Made by a program: the position numbers and the translations under genes
Notes under the pieces: model-generated
Databases searched by the model: none
The model's input: only the letters and a program-made list of their open reading frames with translations
What the model was told of the DNA's origin: nothing
DNA from: Moraxella nasovis
Lineage (GTDB): Bacteria; Pseudomonadota; Gammaproteobacteria; Pseudomonadales; Moraxellaceae
DNA: 32,000 nt
Direction: 5' to 3'
Assembly: GCF_022701215.1 (NCBI RefSeq)
Contig: NZ_CP089976.1
Span: 1,350,001-1,382,000 of the forward strand
Part shown: positions 8,598 through 18,497 of the stretch, piece by piece
Position numbering within the stretch: position 1 is the first letter of the stretch
How the letters are laid out: each line of letters starts with the position of its first letter

Positions 8598-10157
8598 ATG
8601 AAAACCATATTAGTTGATACGACCGCACGCCACGAACAAATTGCCAAATCTATTGGTGAAGCTAAGGCGATTGATTTAGACGACTTATTAGGAGCGATTG
8701 ACTTAGGGTCAAATAGCTTTCATCTGGCGATTGCAAGGCTAGATCATGGTGAAGTGCGAAAAGTAGCTAGCATTTCTGAGAAGGTGCAATTAGCAGCAGG
8801 TCTTGATGAACATAATGTATTGTCCGAAGAAGCAATGCAGCGTGGGCTTGACTGCTTGCACCGCTTTGCTCAGCATGTTACCGAGATTCATCCAGAACGC
8901 CTAAGGGTTGTGGCGACTAACGCTCTTAGAAAGGCGGTGAATGCACAGGAGTTTATCCGCCGTGCAAACACGCTTTTGCCGACACCAATTGAGGTTATCG
9001 CAGGGCGTGAAGAGGCTCGTTTGATTTATTTGGGTGTGTCGCATACCAACGCCAGTACCGATAAGCGACTTGTGATTGATATTGGTGGCGGTTCAACCGA
9101 ATTTATCATCGGTCAAGGTTTTGACCCGATTGAAACAGAAAGCCTGCAGATGGGCTGCGTTTCTTTTACTCGTAAATTTTTTAGCGATGGTAAAATCACC
9201 AAAAAAGCTTTCGAGCAAGCGATTACAGCCACTCAAACAGAGATGCTCTCAATCACCAAACGCTATAAAAAAGTAGGCTGGGATCATGTGATTGCATCAT
9301 CAGGGTCGGCGAAAGCTGCTAAGCTTGTACTTACTGAGCTTGGTTTTGCTCATGATGTTATCACACGTGATGGTATGGAAAAACTCATCAACCATCTTTT
9401 AAAGCTAGGTCATATTGATAAGATTCATTTTGATGGTGTGAAAGCTCATCGTCAAGCGGTGTTTCCTGCTGGTGTAGCAGAGCTTTATGCCATTATGAAA
9501 ACTTTAGATATTGCCACGATTGACTATTCAGATGGTGCATTAAGAGAAGGTGTGATGTATGATATGCTTGGGCGATTAGATGATGAAGATGTCAGAGATC
9601 GCAGCGTAACCGCCTTAGCTCAGCGATACTCGGTGGATGTTAAGCAAGCGGGTCGTGTGATGACAACTATTACGCCTTTATTTGAGGCTGCCAAAGACGT
9701 ATTAGGACTTGATAAAGAAGACGGAGATTTATTGCGTCGTGCGGCAGCATTATTTGAGATTGGGCTTGCAGTAGGACATAGTAACTACCAAAAGCACAGT
9801 GCTTATTTATTAGAGTTTTCTGATATTGCAGGCTTTTCTCAGGTTGAGCAAGCAATGATGGCACAGATTGTACTTTATCATCGTCGCAAGCTTAAGGCAG
9901 ATATGCTAAGCACTGTGGAGAATTTAGGTGGTCGTAAGCTGGTTTATTTATGCCTAATTTTACGATTGGCGGTGCAAGCTAGCCAAAGCCGTACCACAAA
10001 AGCTGCACGCATCTCATTAACTCTTAGTCGTCCAGATGAATGGCAGGTTATGGTGGGCGATGGTCTGCATGCTGATCTTATTGCATCGCAGTTAAAGGCT
10101 GATAGCTCGCAGTTTGCCAAATGGGGTGTTACGCTGATTGTTGGTGATGTGAATTGA
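8598..10157 (+). CDS. ppx: Ppx/GppA family phosphatase (exopolyphosphatase or guanosine pentaphosphate phosphohydrolase)
   Basis: The ASKHA-fold N-terminus carries IDLGSNSFHLAIAR and DIGGGSTEF motifs. The length (519 aa) is typical for Ppx/GppA. AAGGAAA lies upstream of the ATG. Ppx and GppA cannot be told apart by eye. Confidence 0.85.
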   Translation: MKTILVDTTARHEQIAKSIGEAKAIDLDDLLGAIDLGSNSFHLAIARLDHGEVRKVASISEKVQLAAGLDEHNVLSEEAMQRGLDCLHRFAQHVTEIHPERLRVVATNALRKAVNAQEFIRRANTLLPTPIEVIAGREEARLIYLGVSHTNASTDKRLVIDIGGGSTEFIIGQGFDPIETESLQMGCVSFTRKFFSDGKITKKAFEQAITATQTEMLSITKRYKKVGWDHVIASSGSAKAAKLVLTELGFAHDVITRDGMEKLINHLLKLGHIDKIHFDGVKAHRQAVFPAGVAELYAIMKTLDIATIDYSDGALREGVMYDMLGRLDDEDVRDRSVTALAQRYSVDVKQAGRVMTTITPLFEAAKDVLGLDKEDGDLLRRAAALFEIGLAVGHSNYQKHSAYLLEFSDIAGFSQVEQAMMAQIVLYHRRKLKADMLSTVENLGGRKLVYLCLILRLAVQASQSRTTKAARISLTLSRPDEWQVMVGDGLHADLIASQLKADSSQFAKWGVTLIVGDVN

Positions 10158-10232
10158 ACATATCCAAACGACAAAAAATATGCTAAACTATTTAAGTTTA
10201 CATTTGTTCATTTATTATACAAAGGAATTAGT

Positions 10233-11030
10233 ATGAATACAGTCTGGCAAAGCGTACAGTTGGCCCGTGATGCCAAGCGTCCATTATTCTTGGATTATGT
10301 GGCAGATTTATTTACTGAGTTTGATGAATTGCATGGCGATCGTGCCTTTGCCGACGACCGTGCGATTTTGGGTGGATTGGCACGCTTAGATGGTAGACCT
10401 GTGATGGTAATCGGTCAGCATCGTGGTAAATCCACTCGTGAGCGTATCGCACATAATTTTGGCATGGCAAGCCCTGAGGGTTATCGTAAGGTGATTCGTT
10501 TGGTTCAGATGGCAGAACGCTTTAGCTTGCCTGTTTTAACTTTTATTGACACACCGGGAGCTTATCCTGGTGTGGGTGCTGAAGAGCGTGGACAAGCTGA
10601 AGCGATCGCTAAATCTATTGCGGTATTTTCTAGCCTAAAAACCCCCGTCATCGCTACGGTTATTGGCGAGGGCGGTAGTGGTGGAGCGTTGGCAATCGGT
10701 GTTGCTGATAAAGTAAATATGCTAGAAAATAGCATTTATTCGGTGATTTCTCCTGAAGGCTGTGCGTCTATTTTATGGAAAACAGCAGAAAAAGCAGCCG
10801 ATGCTTCAGAAGCTCTAAAGCTTACCGCAAGTAACTTGTATTCGCTTGGCTTGATTGATGAAGTGGTAGCAGAAGTTATGCCAGCGTCTGAAGATAGTAA
10901 GCCTGTGATGGCAGCACTAAAATCTTTGCTCACTCAGCAGCTTGATGAATTGACACAGCTTGACACAGCAGAACTTTTAGAAAATCGTTATCAAAGACTG
11001 ATGGCATTTAATTCTAAAGTATCGCTATAA
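10233..11030 (+). CDS. accA: Acetyl-CoA carboxylase carboxyltransferase alpha subunit, short form (265 aa)
   Basis: The protein is near-collinear with the E. coli AccA core ([65 protein letters not shown]). It lacks the ~55-aa N-terminal helical segment. The upstream frame has no start before the ppx stop, so the short form is genuine. AAGGAA RBS. Confidence 0.93.
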   Translation: MNTVWQSVQLARDAKRPLFLDYVADLFTEFDELHGDRAFADDRAILGGLARLDGRPVMVIGQHRGKSTRERIAHNFGMASPEGYRKVIRLVQMAERFSLPVLTFIDTPGAYPGVGAEERGQAEAIAKSIAVFSSLKTPVIATVIGEGGSGGALAIGVADKVNMLENSIYSVISPEGCASILWKTAEKAADASEALKLTASNLYSLGLIDEVVAEVMPASEDSKPVMAALKSLLTQQLDELTQLDTAELLENRYQRLMAFNSKVSL

Positions 11031-11046
11031 GCATAAGCTGTCTTTA

Positions 11047-11073
11047 AAAGCCCGTCGCATTTGATGGGCTTTT
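11047..11073. terminator. Hairpin terminator between the convergent accA and epmA
   Basis: The sequence is aaaagccc-gtcgcatttgat-gggctttt, 17 nt after the accA stop, and it overlaps the epmA stop codon. Confidence 0.55.
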
Positions 11074-12043
11074 ATGCGTTATCTGTAGTGATGGTGATGG
11101 CTTCACCGATGTTTGATAACTGCTCACGCACCATAAACAGCCGATCAATACCAAGTGCAATGCCACTACAAGATGGCAGATGATCGCAGGCGTGCACCAG
11201 ATTCATATCAATCGGCATAATAGGCAACTGCAAGGCGTAACGCTTTGCATTATCAGCCTTAAACCGCTCTAAAAGTGCCTGACTATCTGCCAACTCGTCA
11301 TAAGCATTGGCAATCTCTAAGCCGTTTATATACAGCTCAAAACGCTGTGCCACAGGCAAACCTTCATCGTCATGACAAATCTTCGCTAAGGCGGCAGTTT
11401 TTGGCGGATAATCGGTAATCAGTATCGGTGTGTCAAAGCCTAAATTTGGCTCAATAAAATGGCTAAATAACAAGTCAAGCCAGCCTTGTCTATCATCACC
11501 CATATCCAGATTAATGCCATGTATCTGAGCGGTATGTCTAAGCGTACTAATGTCTGCAGTAAAAGGGTGAACGCCCAAGGTATCCAAAAACACCTGCTTA
11601 TAAGAGTAGCTCTTAACAGTTATGCTGTTACCAAGAACGGTGCTTAGTAATTCACCAAGCTCATCAGCTAAGTCGCTTAAGCAAAAGTTTGGGCGGTACC
11701 ATTCTAGCATCGTAAATTCAATATTATGCCTTAAGCTGCGTTCATTATCTCGAAACACTTGGCAGATCTGAAAAATCGGCACGCCATAATCAGCAAGCAC
11801 TCGCTTCATCGCAAATTCAGGCGATGTATGTAGATAACCTGTTTTTAATTGACCACCATGATGAAAATTTGCTGATATACTTTCAATAAAAACATCGGTA
11901 TTACCATAATGAGATAGTACTGGCGTGGTAATCTCAAGCACGTCTTTTTTTATGAAAAACTGACGGATATCATGCAGCATTTTAGCCTTTTTTTGGGCTA
12001 GTGCCAGTGACATACTTGGGCGAAAATCAGTATCTTTAGTCAT
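11072..12043 (-). CDS. epmA: Elongation factor P--(R)-beta-lysine ligase (EpmA/PoxA/GenX, a class II LysRS paralog)
   Basis: The 323-aa protein is collinear with my recollection of E. coli EpmA (TSPEFAMKR, FRDNE..RHNIEFTMLEWY, GIALGIDRL). Its start overlaps the pdxB stop by 8 nt. Confidence 0.9.
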   Translation of the reverse strand: MTKDTDFRPSMSLALAQKKAKMLHDIRQFFIKKDVLEITTPVLSHYGNTDVFIESISANFHHGGQLKTGYLHTSPEFAMKRVLADYGVPIFQICQVFRDNERSLRHNIEFTMLEWYRPNFCLSDLADELGELLSTVLGNSITVKSYSYKQVFLDTLGVHPFTADISTLRHTAQIHGINLDMGDDRQGWLDLLFSHFIEPNLGFDTPILITDYPPKTAALAKICHDDEGLPVAQRFELYINGLEIANAYDELADSQALLERFKADNAKRYALQLPIMPIDMNLVHACDHLPSCSGIALGIDRLFMVREQLSNIGEAITITTDNA

Positions 12044-13100
12044 TAAACAGCCATTCTCGTTTTAGGTGATAATTTTTTCTTAGTTCATCAAAGTCATTAC
12101 CCATTACACCATCGGCATGACAAACTTGCCGAAGACTATCATCGTCTTTTTGGATGTCATAGTGGGATTGTAGTGTTGGTGTGTCTTGGTTTTGTAAGGC
12201 GGTTTTAATGTTATGCCAAGTGTGGGGGTTAGGTGGTAATAAGTCGTCTAGCTTTTGGGTGATTGGCAAGCCAAAATAACGACAAAAGTTTTGATAAATC
12301 ATATCAGTACCACGCAGCTTGCCTTCTAGCGTATAGCCTGCGATATGTGGCGTGGCGATGGCAAGTCTGTCAAGTAAGGCTTTGTCTATATTGGGTTCAT
12401 GTGGAAAAACATCTAAAATAACCTGCAAATTTTTATCATCTATCGCTTGTAATAAATCATCTTGGTAGATAATCTCACCACGAGCGGTGTTGATGAGTAG
12501 GGCGTTGTGTTTGATTTTGCCAAATGCAGATTGGTTGAATAACTGATGAGTAGGATAATTGCCTGTATGCGTCAAAGGGGTGTGAATGGAGATGATATCA
12601 CTGCCATCAAGCAGGTCGTCAAAAGTCGTGTTATTGATAGATGATGGGGGCAGGTATGGGTCATGACCTAAGATATCCCAATTTAGGTCTTTGGCGTATT
12701 TGGCAAGGGTGCTGCCGATATTACCCAGTCCAATAATGCCAAGTGTAACCCCATTGCTAAGAGCATTTGGACAAACGTGGAAAATGGCGGTGATGACATA
12801 CTGAGCCACCGAATGCTTACTACAACCTTTAGCATTGGCAAAACAAATATCGTTCTTAGCCAAAAATGCTTCATCTACATGATCGGTGCCAATCGTCGCT
12901 GAGCCGATAAATTTCACATTTTTTAGGTCATGAAATGTCTGCTCATTCACGGGCGTTACCGAGCGGATGAGTAGGGCGTCTGGAGTGTATTGATCGATGA
13001 CAGATTGGTTAATGTCTCGTCCTTTTAGGGTGATAAGGCGAACATGATTAAAATAATCATGCACATGAGCGATGTTTTCATCAGCGATGACAGTTAGCAT
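12036..13100 (-). CDS. pdxB: Erythronate-4-phosphate dehydrogenase
   Basis: The N-terminus reads MLTVIADENI. Other motifs are LLIRSVTPVNE, GSATIGTDHVD, the NAD-binding GIIGLGNIGS, HIAGYTLEGK, and a C-terminal FDELRKNYHLKREW matching the PdxB dimerisation domain. Confidence 0.9.
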   Translation of the reverse strand: MLTVIADENIAHVHDYFNHVRLITLKGRDINQSVIDQYTPDALLIRSVTPVNEQTFHDLKNVKFIGSATIGTDHVDEAFLAKNDICFANAKGCSKHSVAQYVITAIFHVCPNALSNGVTLGIIGLGNIGSTLAKYAKDLNWDILGHDPYLPPSSINNTTFDDLLDGSDIISIHTPLTHTGNYPTHQLFNQSAFGKIKHNALLINTARGEIIYQDDLLQAIDDKNLQVILDVFPHEPNIDKALLDRLAIATPHIAGYTLEGKLRGTDMIYQNFCRYFGLPITQKLDDLLPPNPHTWHNIKTALQNQDTPTLQSHYDIQKDDDSLRQVCHADGVMGNDFDELRKNYHLKREWLFND

Positions 13101-13102
13101 GA

Positions 13103-14197
13103 TTATTCGTCCTTGGCAGCTTCAATAAATGGGCTAAGTTCTTGTTTATGTTGATTCACCCATTCACGCCAAATGGTGAGTGCGATGGCTAAAACCACAG
13201 GGCCGATGAACAGACCCACCATACCAAATGCTGTTAAGCCCCCAAGCACGCCGATAAAGATAATGATGAAAGGGATTTTAGTTGCTCCACTAATGACGAT
13301 GGGGCGTATTAAGTTATCCACCCAGCTGATTACTAAGATTCCCCATAACGCAAGTCCGATACCTTCGGCGGTGTGTCCTTGTGTGAGTAGCCACACCGCC
13401 ACACCGCCCCATGCAAAAGGCGTCCCAAATGGAATTAGAGCAACAATAAACGTGATAAGCGTCAGTAGAATGGGGTTAGGAGCTCCAGCAACTGCATAGC
13501 CGATACCTGCTAAGACTGCTTGGGCGACCGCAGTAAGCCCGATGCCATACACCACGGCTTGGGTTGTCGCACCAACAGAATCAATGTAACCATCAATACG
13601 ATCGCCAATGACATTTCTTAAGCCTTGGCGAATCTGATGGATTAGGCTTGTGCCATCACGATAAAAGAAAAATAACGTCATAAGTGCCATGCCAAGCTTT
13701 GCAACCGATTTTAGCACCACATCGAATGCTACTTTGCCATAATACAGGTGAGACTGAATCCATGCTCGCACAAGTTCCATTGTGCCTTCGGGATTTTTAT
13801 TAATCTCCCACAGTGTGTCTTTGATTTGTTGTCCAATGACAGGCAGGTTTTTGATGTTGTCAGGAACGTCAACATAGCCTGCTTGAATACGACGGATGAC
13901 CATGCTGACAAAGCTGATAACCTCTTGTTGCAGAAAAAAAACGCCGACAATCAAAGGAATGCCAATCAAAAGCGAGATAAAGGCAGTCATGATTAACGCA
14001 GATAAGGTCTTGCTAAGACGAACCTTATGATAAAAAAAACGATACAAGGGAAAGGTAACATACGCTAAAATCGCTGCCCAAATTGCAGGCACGATAAAAA
14101 AATGCACGATTTTAAAGCATAAAATCAGCAAAATCACCAATAACGTAAGTGCCAACAGCCGCCGTACGATGAGTTCTTTGTTCCAGTGTTCAATCAT
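13103..14197 (-). CDS. AI-2E family transporter (PerM/UPF0118-type permease)
   Basis: The 364-aa protein is polytopic, with characteristic FFFYRDG, LIPFGTPF and WVDNLIRP motifs. Its stop lies 2 nt from the pdxB start. Confidence 0.85.
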   Translation of the reverse strand: MIEHWNKELIVRRLLALTLLVILLILCFKIVHFFIVPAIWAAILAYVTFPLYRFFYHKVRLSKTLSALIMTAFISLLIGIPLIVGVFFLQQEVISFVSMVIRRIQAGYVDVPDNIKNLPVIGQQIKDTLWEINKNPEGTMELVRAWIQSHLYYGKVAFDVVLKSVAKLGMALMTLFFFYRDGTSLIHQIRQGLRNVIGDRIDGYIDSVGATTQAVVYGIGLTAVAQAVLAGIGYAVAGAPNPILLTLITFIVALIPFGTPFAWGGVAVWLLTQGHTAEGIGLALWGILVISWVDNLIRPIVISGATKIPFIIIFIGVLGGLTAFGMVGLFIGPVVLAIALTIWREWVNQHKQELSPFIEAAKDE

Positions 14198-14331
14198 GAT
14201 TGGAGTCGCAATGTGGGTAAAATAAAATGCCTATTATGCCTTAAATTTTTAAAAATAGCTTGTTTGATGTGGGGTAATTTGCAAAGAATTTTTAAATTTT
14301 GTTGCTTGATTGATACAAGTGGGTTTGTGGC

Positions 14332-14808
14332 TTAGTTTTGGGTTTGGGTGTTGGGCTTGGTGGTGATTAGGCGATTTAACCCATTGGCAAAGGCGATTTT
14401 ATCTTTATCGCCATATGGTTTTTGTCCGCCCATCTCATTTAGGTCGAGTACATTTGTGCCACGCAAACTTTCCATAAAATCACGAGTGCTAAGTTTAGGC
14501 TTGATATTCTCTATCGTCAGTTCATCACCCCGAGATGTCAGCACTTTTGCTCCCTTATTTAGTGCGTCATTGGCAAGTGGAATGTCGCCTGTAATCACCA
14601 GATCCCCTGCCAATACCGTATCCACGATATAATTATCCGCTACGTCAAAGCCTTGAGAAACAATGATAGATTTTAAATAAGGCGATGGCGGTAGCTTGGT
14701 AAAGCGATTGGCAACAAACACCGCCTGCACGCCTGTGCGATTGGCGGTTTTGATGATAAGCTCTTTGGCAATCGTGGGAATGGCATCTGCGTCTATGTAG
14801 ATAATCAT
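14332..14808 (-). CDS. yaiI: YaiI/YqxD family protein (UPF0178/DUF188)
   Basis: The motifs MIIYIDADAIP..., GFDVADNYIV, AGDLVITGDIPLA and TRDFMESLRG are collinear with E. coli YaiI as I recall it. Function is unknown. Confidence 0.85.
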   Translation of the reverse strand: MIIYIDADAIPTIAKELIIKTANRTGVQAVFVANRFTKLPPSPYLKSIIVSQGFDVADNYIVDTVLAGDLVITGDIPLANDALNKGAKVLTSRGDELTIENIKPKLSTRDFMESLRGTNVLDLNEMGGQKPYGDKDKIAFANGLNRLITTKPNTQTQN

Positions 14809-14813
14809 GGGTG

Positions 14814-15911
14814 TTATCGTTCATCAAGTACAGCTTCTGCCTCTGCCACCTTATCGCCCATCACGGTAATATGCCCAATCTTGCGACCGTCTCGCTCAGA
14901 CTTGTGATAATGATGATAATGCACGCCATCAATGGCAAGTAGTCGGCTTTCATCAGGATAAGTGCCAATGACGTTTAACATGACAGACGGCTTGACGATG
15001 CTTGTGTCGCCAAGTGGCAAGTCTAAGACAGCACGGATATGATTTTCAAATTGGCTGGTATTTGCCCCTTCAATGCTCCAATGCCCAGAATTATGCACTC
15101 GTGGGGCGATTTCATTGGCAATCAACCCTGCTTTGGTAACAAAAAGCTCCAAGGTCAATACGCCCACATAGTCTAGTTTTTCTAAAATCTTGGCGATGTT
15201 TTCTTGGGCGGATTTGGTCAAATGCTCTACATCGGGGGCAGGGGCGACTGTCTTGATCAGTATGCCATTTGTGTGGGTGTTTTGGACAAGGGGATAATAG
15301 CCAATACTGCCATCTTGACCACGTACAGCGATGAGCGATACTTCACGTTCAAAGTCAATAAAGCCTTCTGCAATCAAGGGTGCAGGCATCGCCCCTTCTG
15401 TGGTCGCCTTGCCCAATTCATGCCAAGCGGTGGCGATGTCGCTTTGGGTGTGTATGACAAATTGCCCCTTGCCATCATAGCCACCACGAGAGGTTTTAAG
15501 CACAAGTGGCAGACCCAATTCATCACAGGCTTGGTTTAGTTCATCTAATGAATGGATAGCACGATAAGGCACGGTGGTGATGCCAAGCTCATTAAATAAG
15601 GCTTTTTCACGCAAACGGTCTTGGGCGACTGTCAAAGCGATGGGTGGTGGGAAAATACCGCCTTTTTGGGTCGCCAAAAGCTTGGCGGTGGCGATGGGCG
15701 TATTTTCAAATTCTAGGCTAAAAACATCGGACGCTTTGATAAATTCGTCTAACTGCTCACTGCTGTACACCTGCCCATACAGACTGGCAGGAGCATGGGG
15801 TGCGTCTTCTAAAAACACGCAAGTATGCCCAAGTTGCAAAGCGGCTTTGGCCAGCATCATGCCAAGCTGACCGCCTCCTAAAATACCGATGGTTTTGGTG
15901 GTGTTTGCCAT
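14814..15911 (-). CDS. purK: N5-carboxyaminoimidazole ribonucleotide synthase
   Basis: An ATP-grasp protein with the N-terminal IGILGGGQLGMML motif and LELF..NEIAPRVHNSGHW. It lies downstream of purE. Confidence 0.95.
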   Translation of the reverse strand: MANTTKTIGILGGGQLGMMLAKAALQLGHTCVFLEDAPHAPASLYGQVYSSEQLDEFIKASDVFSLEFENTPIATAKLLATQKGGIFPPPIALTVAQDRLREKALFNELGITTVPYRAIHSLDELNQACDELGLPLVLKTSRGGYDGKGQFVIHTQSDIATAWHELGKATTEGAMPAPLIAEGFIDFEREVSLIAVRGQDGSIGYYPLVQNTHTNGILIKTVAPAPDVEHLTKSAQENIAKILEKLDYVGVLTLELFVTKAGLIANEIAPRVHNSGHWSIEGANTSQFENHIRAVLDLPLGDTSIVKPSVMLNVIGTYPDESRLLAIDGVHYHHYHKSERDGRKIGHITVMGDKVAEAEAVLDER

Positions 15912-15914
15912 AAA

Positions 15915-15949
15915 AATATCCGAAAACTTAAGTAAAATTTTCGGATATT
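15915..15949 (-). promoter_or_regulatory. Perfect 12-bp inverted repeat (hairpin plus U-run on the mRNA strand) directly abutting the purK start codon
   Basis: aatatccgaaaa (15915-15926) pairs with ttttcggatatt (15938-15949) around an 11-nt loop. On the minus-strand RNA the hairpin is followed by UUUU and then the AUG. The only SD-like GGA lies inside the stem. Confidence 0.5.
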
Positions 15950-16052
15950 ATCGCATATTTTGATGAAAATTGGCGTAAATATTCGCACATTTGCATAGCT
16001 GTATCAGCGTTATGGATTATTTGTGCGTTGATGGGTGCTACTTGATGTTAGG

Positions 16053-16586
16053 TTAGCTTATAATCCCTGGGGTTGGATTTGCCAAAATGCTTTCGGTTTG
16101 GGATTGACGAAACTCTTCTAGCTGCTTTGCTAGCTTTTCATCATGTAAAGCAAGCATTTGAATGGCTAAAAGCCCTGCATTAAATGCCCCTGCCGTACCG
16201 ATGGCAAGCGTTCCTACCGCCACCCCTTTTGGCATCTGCACGATGGATAGCAGGCTATCCCAGCCTGAGAGCGTGCTTGATTTGACAGGCACGCCAAGCA
16301 CAGGTAGGGCGGTCTGAGACGCACACATACCAGGTAGATGGGCAGCCCCACCTGCCCCTGCAATGATGACTTGAAGTCCATTTTGTTTGGCAGATTTGGC
16401 AAAGTCAAACAGACGGTCAGGGGTACGGTGAGCTGACACCACTTCACATACGAATGGTACACCAAAATCTGCTAAAAGCTGTACGCCATGCTGCATGGTT
16501 TCCCAGTCAGATTGTGACCCCATGATGATACCAACTTTAGGCTCGCCCTTAGGTGAGATGATTGGACTAGGAAGCGTATTTGACAT
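16053..16586 (-). CDS. purE: N5-carboxyaminoimidazole ribonucleotide mutase
   Basis: The protein carries class I PurE motifs ([34 protein letters not shown]). AAGGAAAA RBS. Confidence 0.95.
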   Translation of the reverse strand: MSNTLPSPIISPKGEPKVGIIMGSQSDWETMQHGVQLLADFGVPFVCEVVSAHRTPDRLFDFAKSAKQNGLQVIIAGAGGAAHLPGMCASQTALPVLGVPVKSSTLSGWDSLLSIVQMPKGVAVGTLAIGTAGAFNAGLLAIQMLALHDEKLAKQLEEFRQSQTESILANPTPGIIS

Positions 16587-16673
16587 GGTTTTCCTTAAGT
16601 TAAAACAAAAAAATTACCATAATTGAGCTAAAATAGCAATCACTTTATGCATTAGACTTGGGGCGTTAATAGG

Positions 16674-17597
16674 TTACCAGATGAAATTATCAGCACTTAA
16701 GGTGGGGTTATTCGTATCAAAGCGATAGGCGGTTAATACTCCATCTTTACCTGCTGAGTAGTCAATGCACACCACTTGATCAGTTAAGGGAGTAGGCTTG
16801 CCATCAAGCCAATAATGCCCAATAAAAATAAACTTATCTGTATTGATATGAAAGTTTTGTAGGTCAGGCGATAAGCTTAGTGTGGTATTTGGTAGGTTAT
16901 CTGCCATTAAGATTTCACTGATAGGACGGTTTTGCCAGTCATCCTCCCACCATTTTACTCGGGCTCTGGTGCGACTGATGCCTGTCTTGTCGGTTTTGGT
17001 TATACCCTTTGGTAACGGTACATCAATGCCTTTTAATAGGCGTTCAGCTGCAAAAAATATGGGCGTGTTCGGTTGTCCCATTAGCTGAACGGCGTGTTCT
17101 GTTAGCTGATTGTGCTGGGTTAATAAAGGCTGTAGCTGCCGCATGCTACAAGTGTCATAGCAGGCATGGATAAAAATGGCGTGTGGTGTTTCAATCCATA
17201 AGGGCAACTCGTATAGACGGCTTATCCAGTGGCGGTGAAGCTTGGAGTTAAATCCCACTTCATCTAAGAAAGCTTGGTGTTGATGGGTATTATGCTGGCT
17301 ATGCACTCTTAAGTACGAACCGTCATTGGTGATGGTGTTTGGTGTGGCATAGCCGATGGCATTGTACTCATGATTGCCCATGACAGCGATGGCTTGCTTA
17401 TTGTCAATCATATCAAAGACGATAAAGAGTGTTGCTAGCTCTTGGTTGCCACGATCAATCAAATCACCGATAAATACGGCTTGGTGACCCTTTGGAGCGA
17501 TATAACACACGCCATTATGACGATAGCCCAGTTTGGTGAGCAGTCCTTTTAATTTATCTGCCTGCCCATGGATATCGCCGATGATGTCATAAACCAT
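16674..17597 (-). CDS. PPP-family metallophosphoesterase (ApaH/PrpA-like Ser/Thr phosphatase or diadenosine tetraphosphatase-like), 307 aa
   Basis: The signature motifs GDIHG, GDLIDRG and GNHE are in canonical order. A ~100-aa C-terminal region has no motif I recognise. Confidence 0.8.
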   Translation of the reverse strand: MVYDIIGDIHGQADKLKGLLTKLGYRHNGVCYIAPKGHQAVFIGDLIDRGNQELATLFIVFDMIDNKQAIAVMGNHEYNAIGYATPNTITNDGSYLRVHSQHNTHQHQAFLDEVGFNSKLHRHWISRLYELPLWIETPHAIFIHACYDTCSMRQLQPLLTQHNQLTEHAVQLMGQPNTPIFFAAERLLKGIDVPLPKGITKTDKTGISRTRARVKWWEDDWQNRPISEILMADNLPNTTLSLSPDLQNFHINTDKFIFIGHYWLDGKPTPLTDQVVCIDYSAGKDGVLTAYRFDTNNPTLSADNFIW

Positions 17598-17611
17598 AGT
17601 TTATTTACCCA

Positions 17612-18220
17612 CTAAAAACTTGGATGTAGCAAATGTGAGAAAAAATGCTGCACAAGTGATGGCTCTATAAGAATGCTTGCAATAATGCCAAATGCCGCCC
17701 CAGTTAAATGTGCCAAGTGATCAACATTGCCTGTGCCACGCTTTTGGGCATATAGACTATAAGCTGTGTAAGCGATGGCAAAGACGATGGCGGGAATGGG
17801 TAAGATGGCAAATAAATACAGCGTTTCCCATGGTGCAAATAAGATAAAGGCGAAAAGCACAGCAGATACACCGCCAGACGCCCCAAGCGATAGATAGCGT
17901 GGGTTGTTTTTATGTTTTAGGTAGCTTGGTATGGCAGCGATGATGATGGCAATAACGTAGAACGCCAAAAAGCCAAATTGCCCAAGCTTAGCAAGGTAAA
18001 ATCGCTCAATAGCACGACCAAAAAAGTACAGCGTAAACATATTAAATAACAAGTGCATGCCATCAGCATGGATAAAGCCATGCGTGATAAAGCGGTCGAA
18101 CTGCTTATAACGACTAATGCGTGTAGGGTCAAAAATTAGCCTTCCCATAAGCGAGTTATTTTGCCAAGCAAGAATACTTGCGATGACGGTGATGATGATA
18201 ATAGCGGTTGTGTGATTCAT
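17612..18220 (-). CDS. Rhomboid family intramembrane serine protease
   Basis: A multi-TM protein with the HxxxxHxxxN-like region HADGMHLLFNM, the catalytic GASGGVSAV and a downstream AHLTGAAFG. I prefer the ATG at 18220 (MNHTTAIIII...) over the TTG at 18283. The stop lies 14 nt from the next gene's start. Confidence 0.8.
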   Translation of the reverse strand: MNHTTAIIIITVIASILAWQNNSLMGRLIFDPTRISRYKQFDRFITHGFIHADGMHLLFNMFTLYFFGRAIERFYLAKLGQFGFLAFYVIAIIIAAIPSYLKHKNNPRYLSLGASGGVSAVLFAFILFAPWETLYLFAILPIPAIVFAIAYTAYSLYAQKRGTGNVDHLAHLTGAAFGIIASILIEPSLVQHFFSHLLHPSF

Positions 18221-18497
18221 AGTGATTACTTTTGGTTTTAGGTCAGTATAGCAGTTTGATGACGATTTAAAAAGACTTAACAAGACCTATCTATTATACA
18301 CAATCATTAAAAAATGTAATTATTTGTAATTTATCATAAAATTATACAAGAATTATGGAAATTTTTGTTTAACTATTGTTTCCAAGTCTTTAAATTTCAA
18401 GCAAAATCGGTCATAATGCCATTAATCTGCAAGATTGTGAAAAAATCAAGCAAGACCAACGGAAAAAGTAATATTAACGTAGATAATTGGAGTTTTT

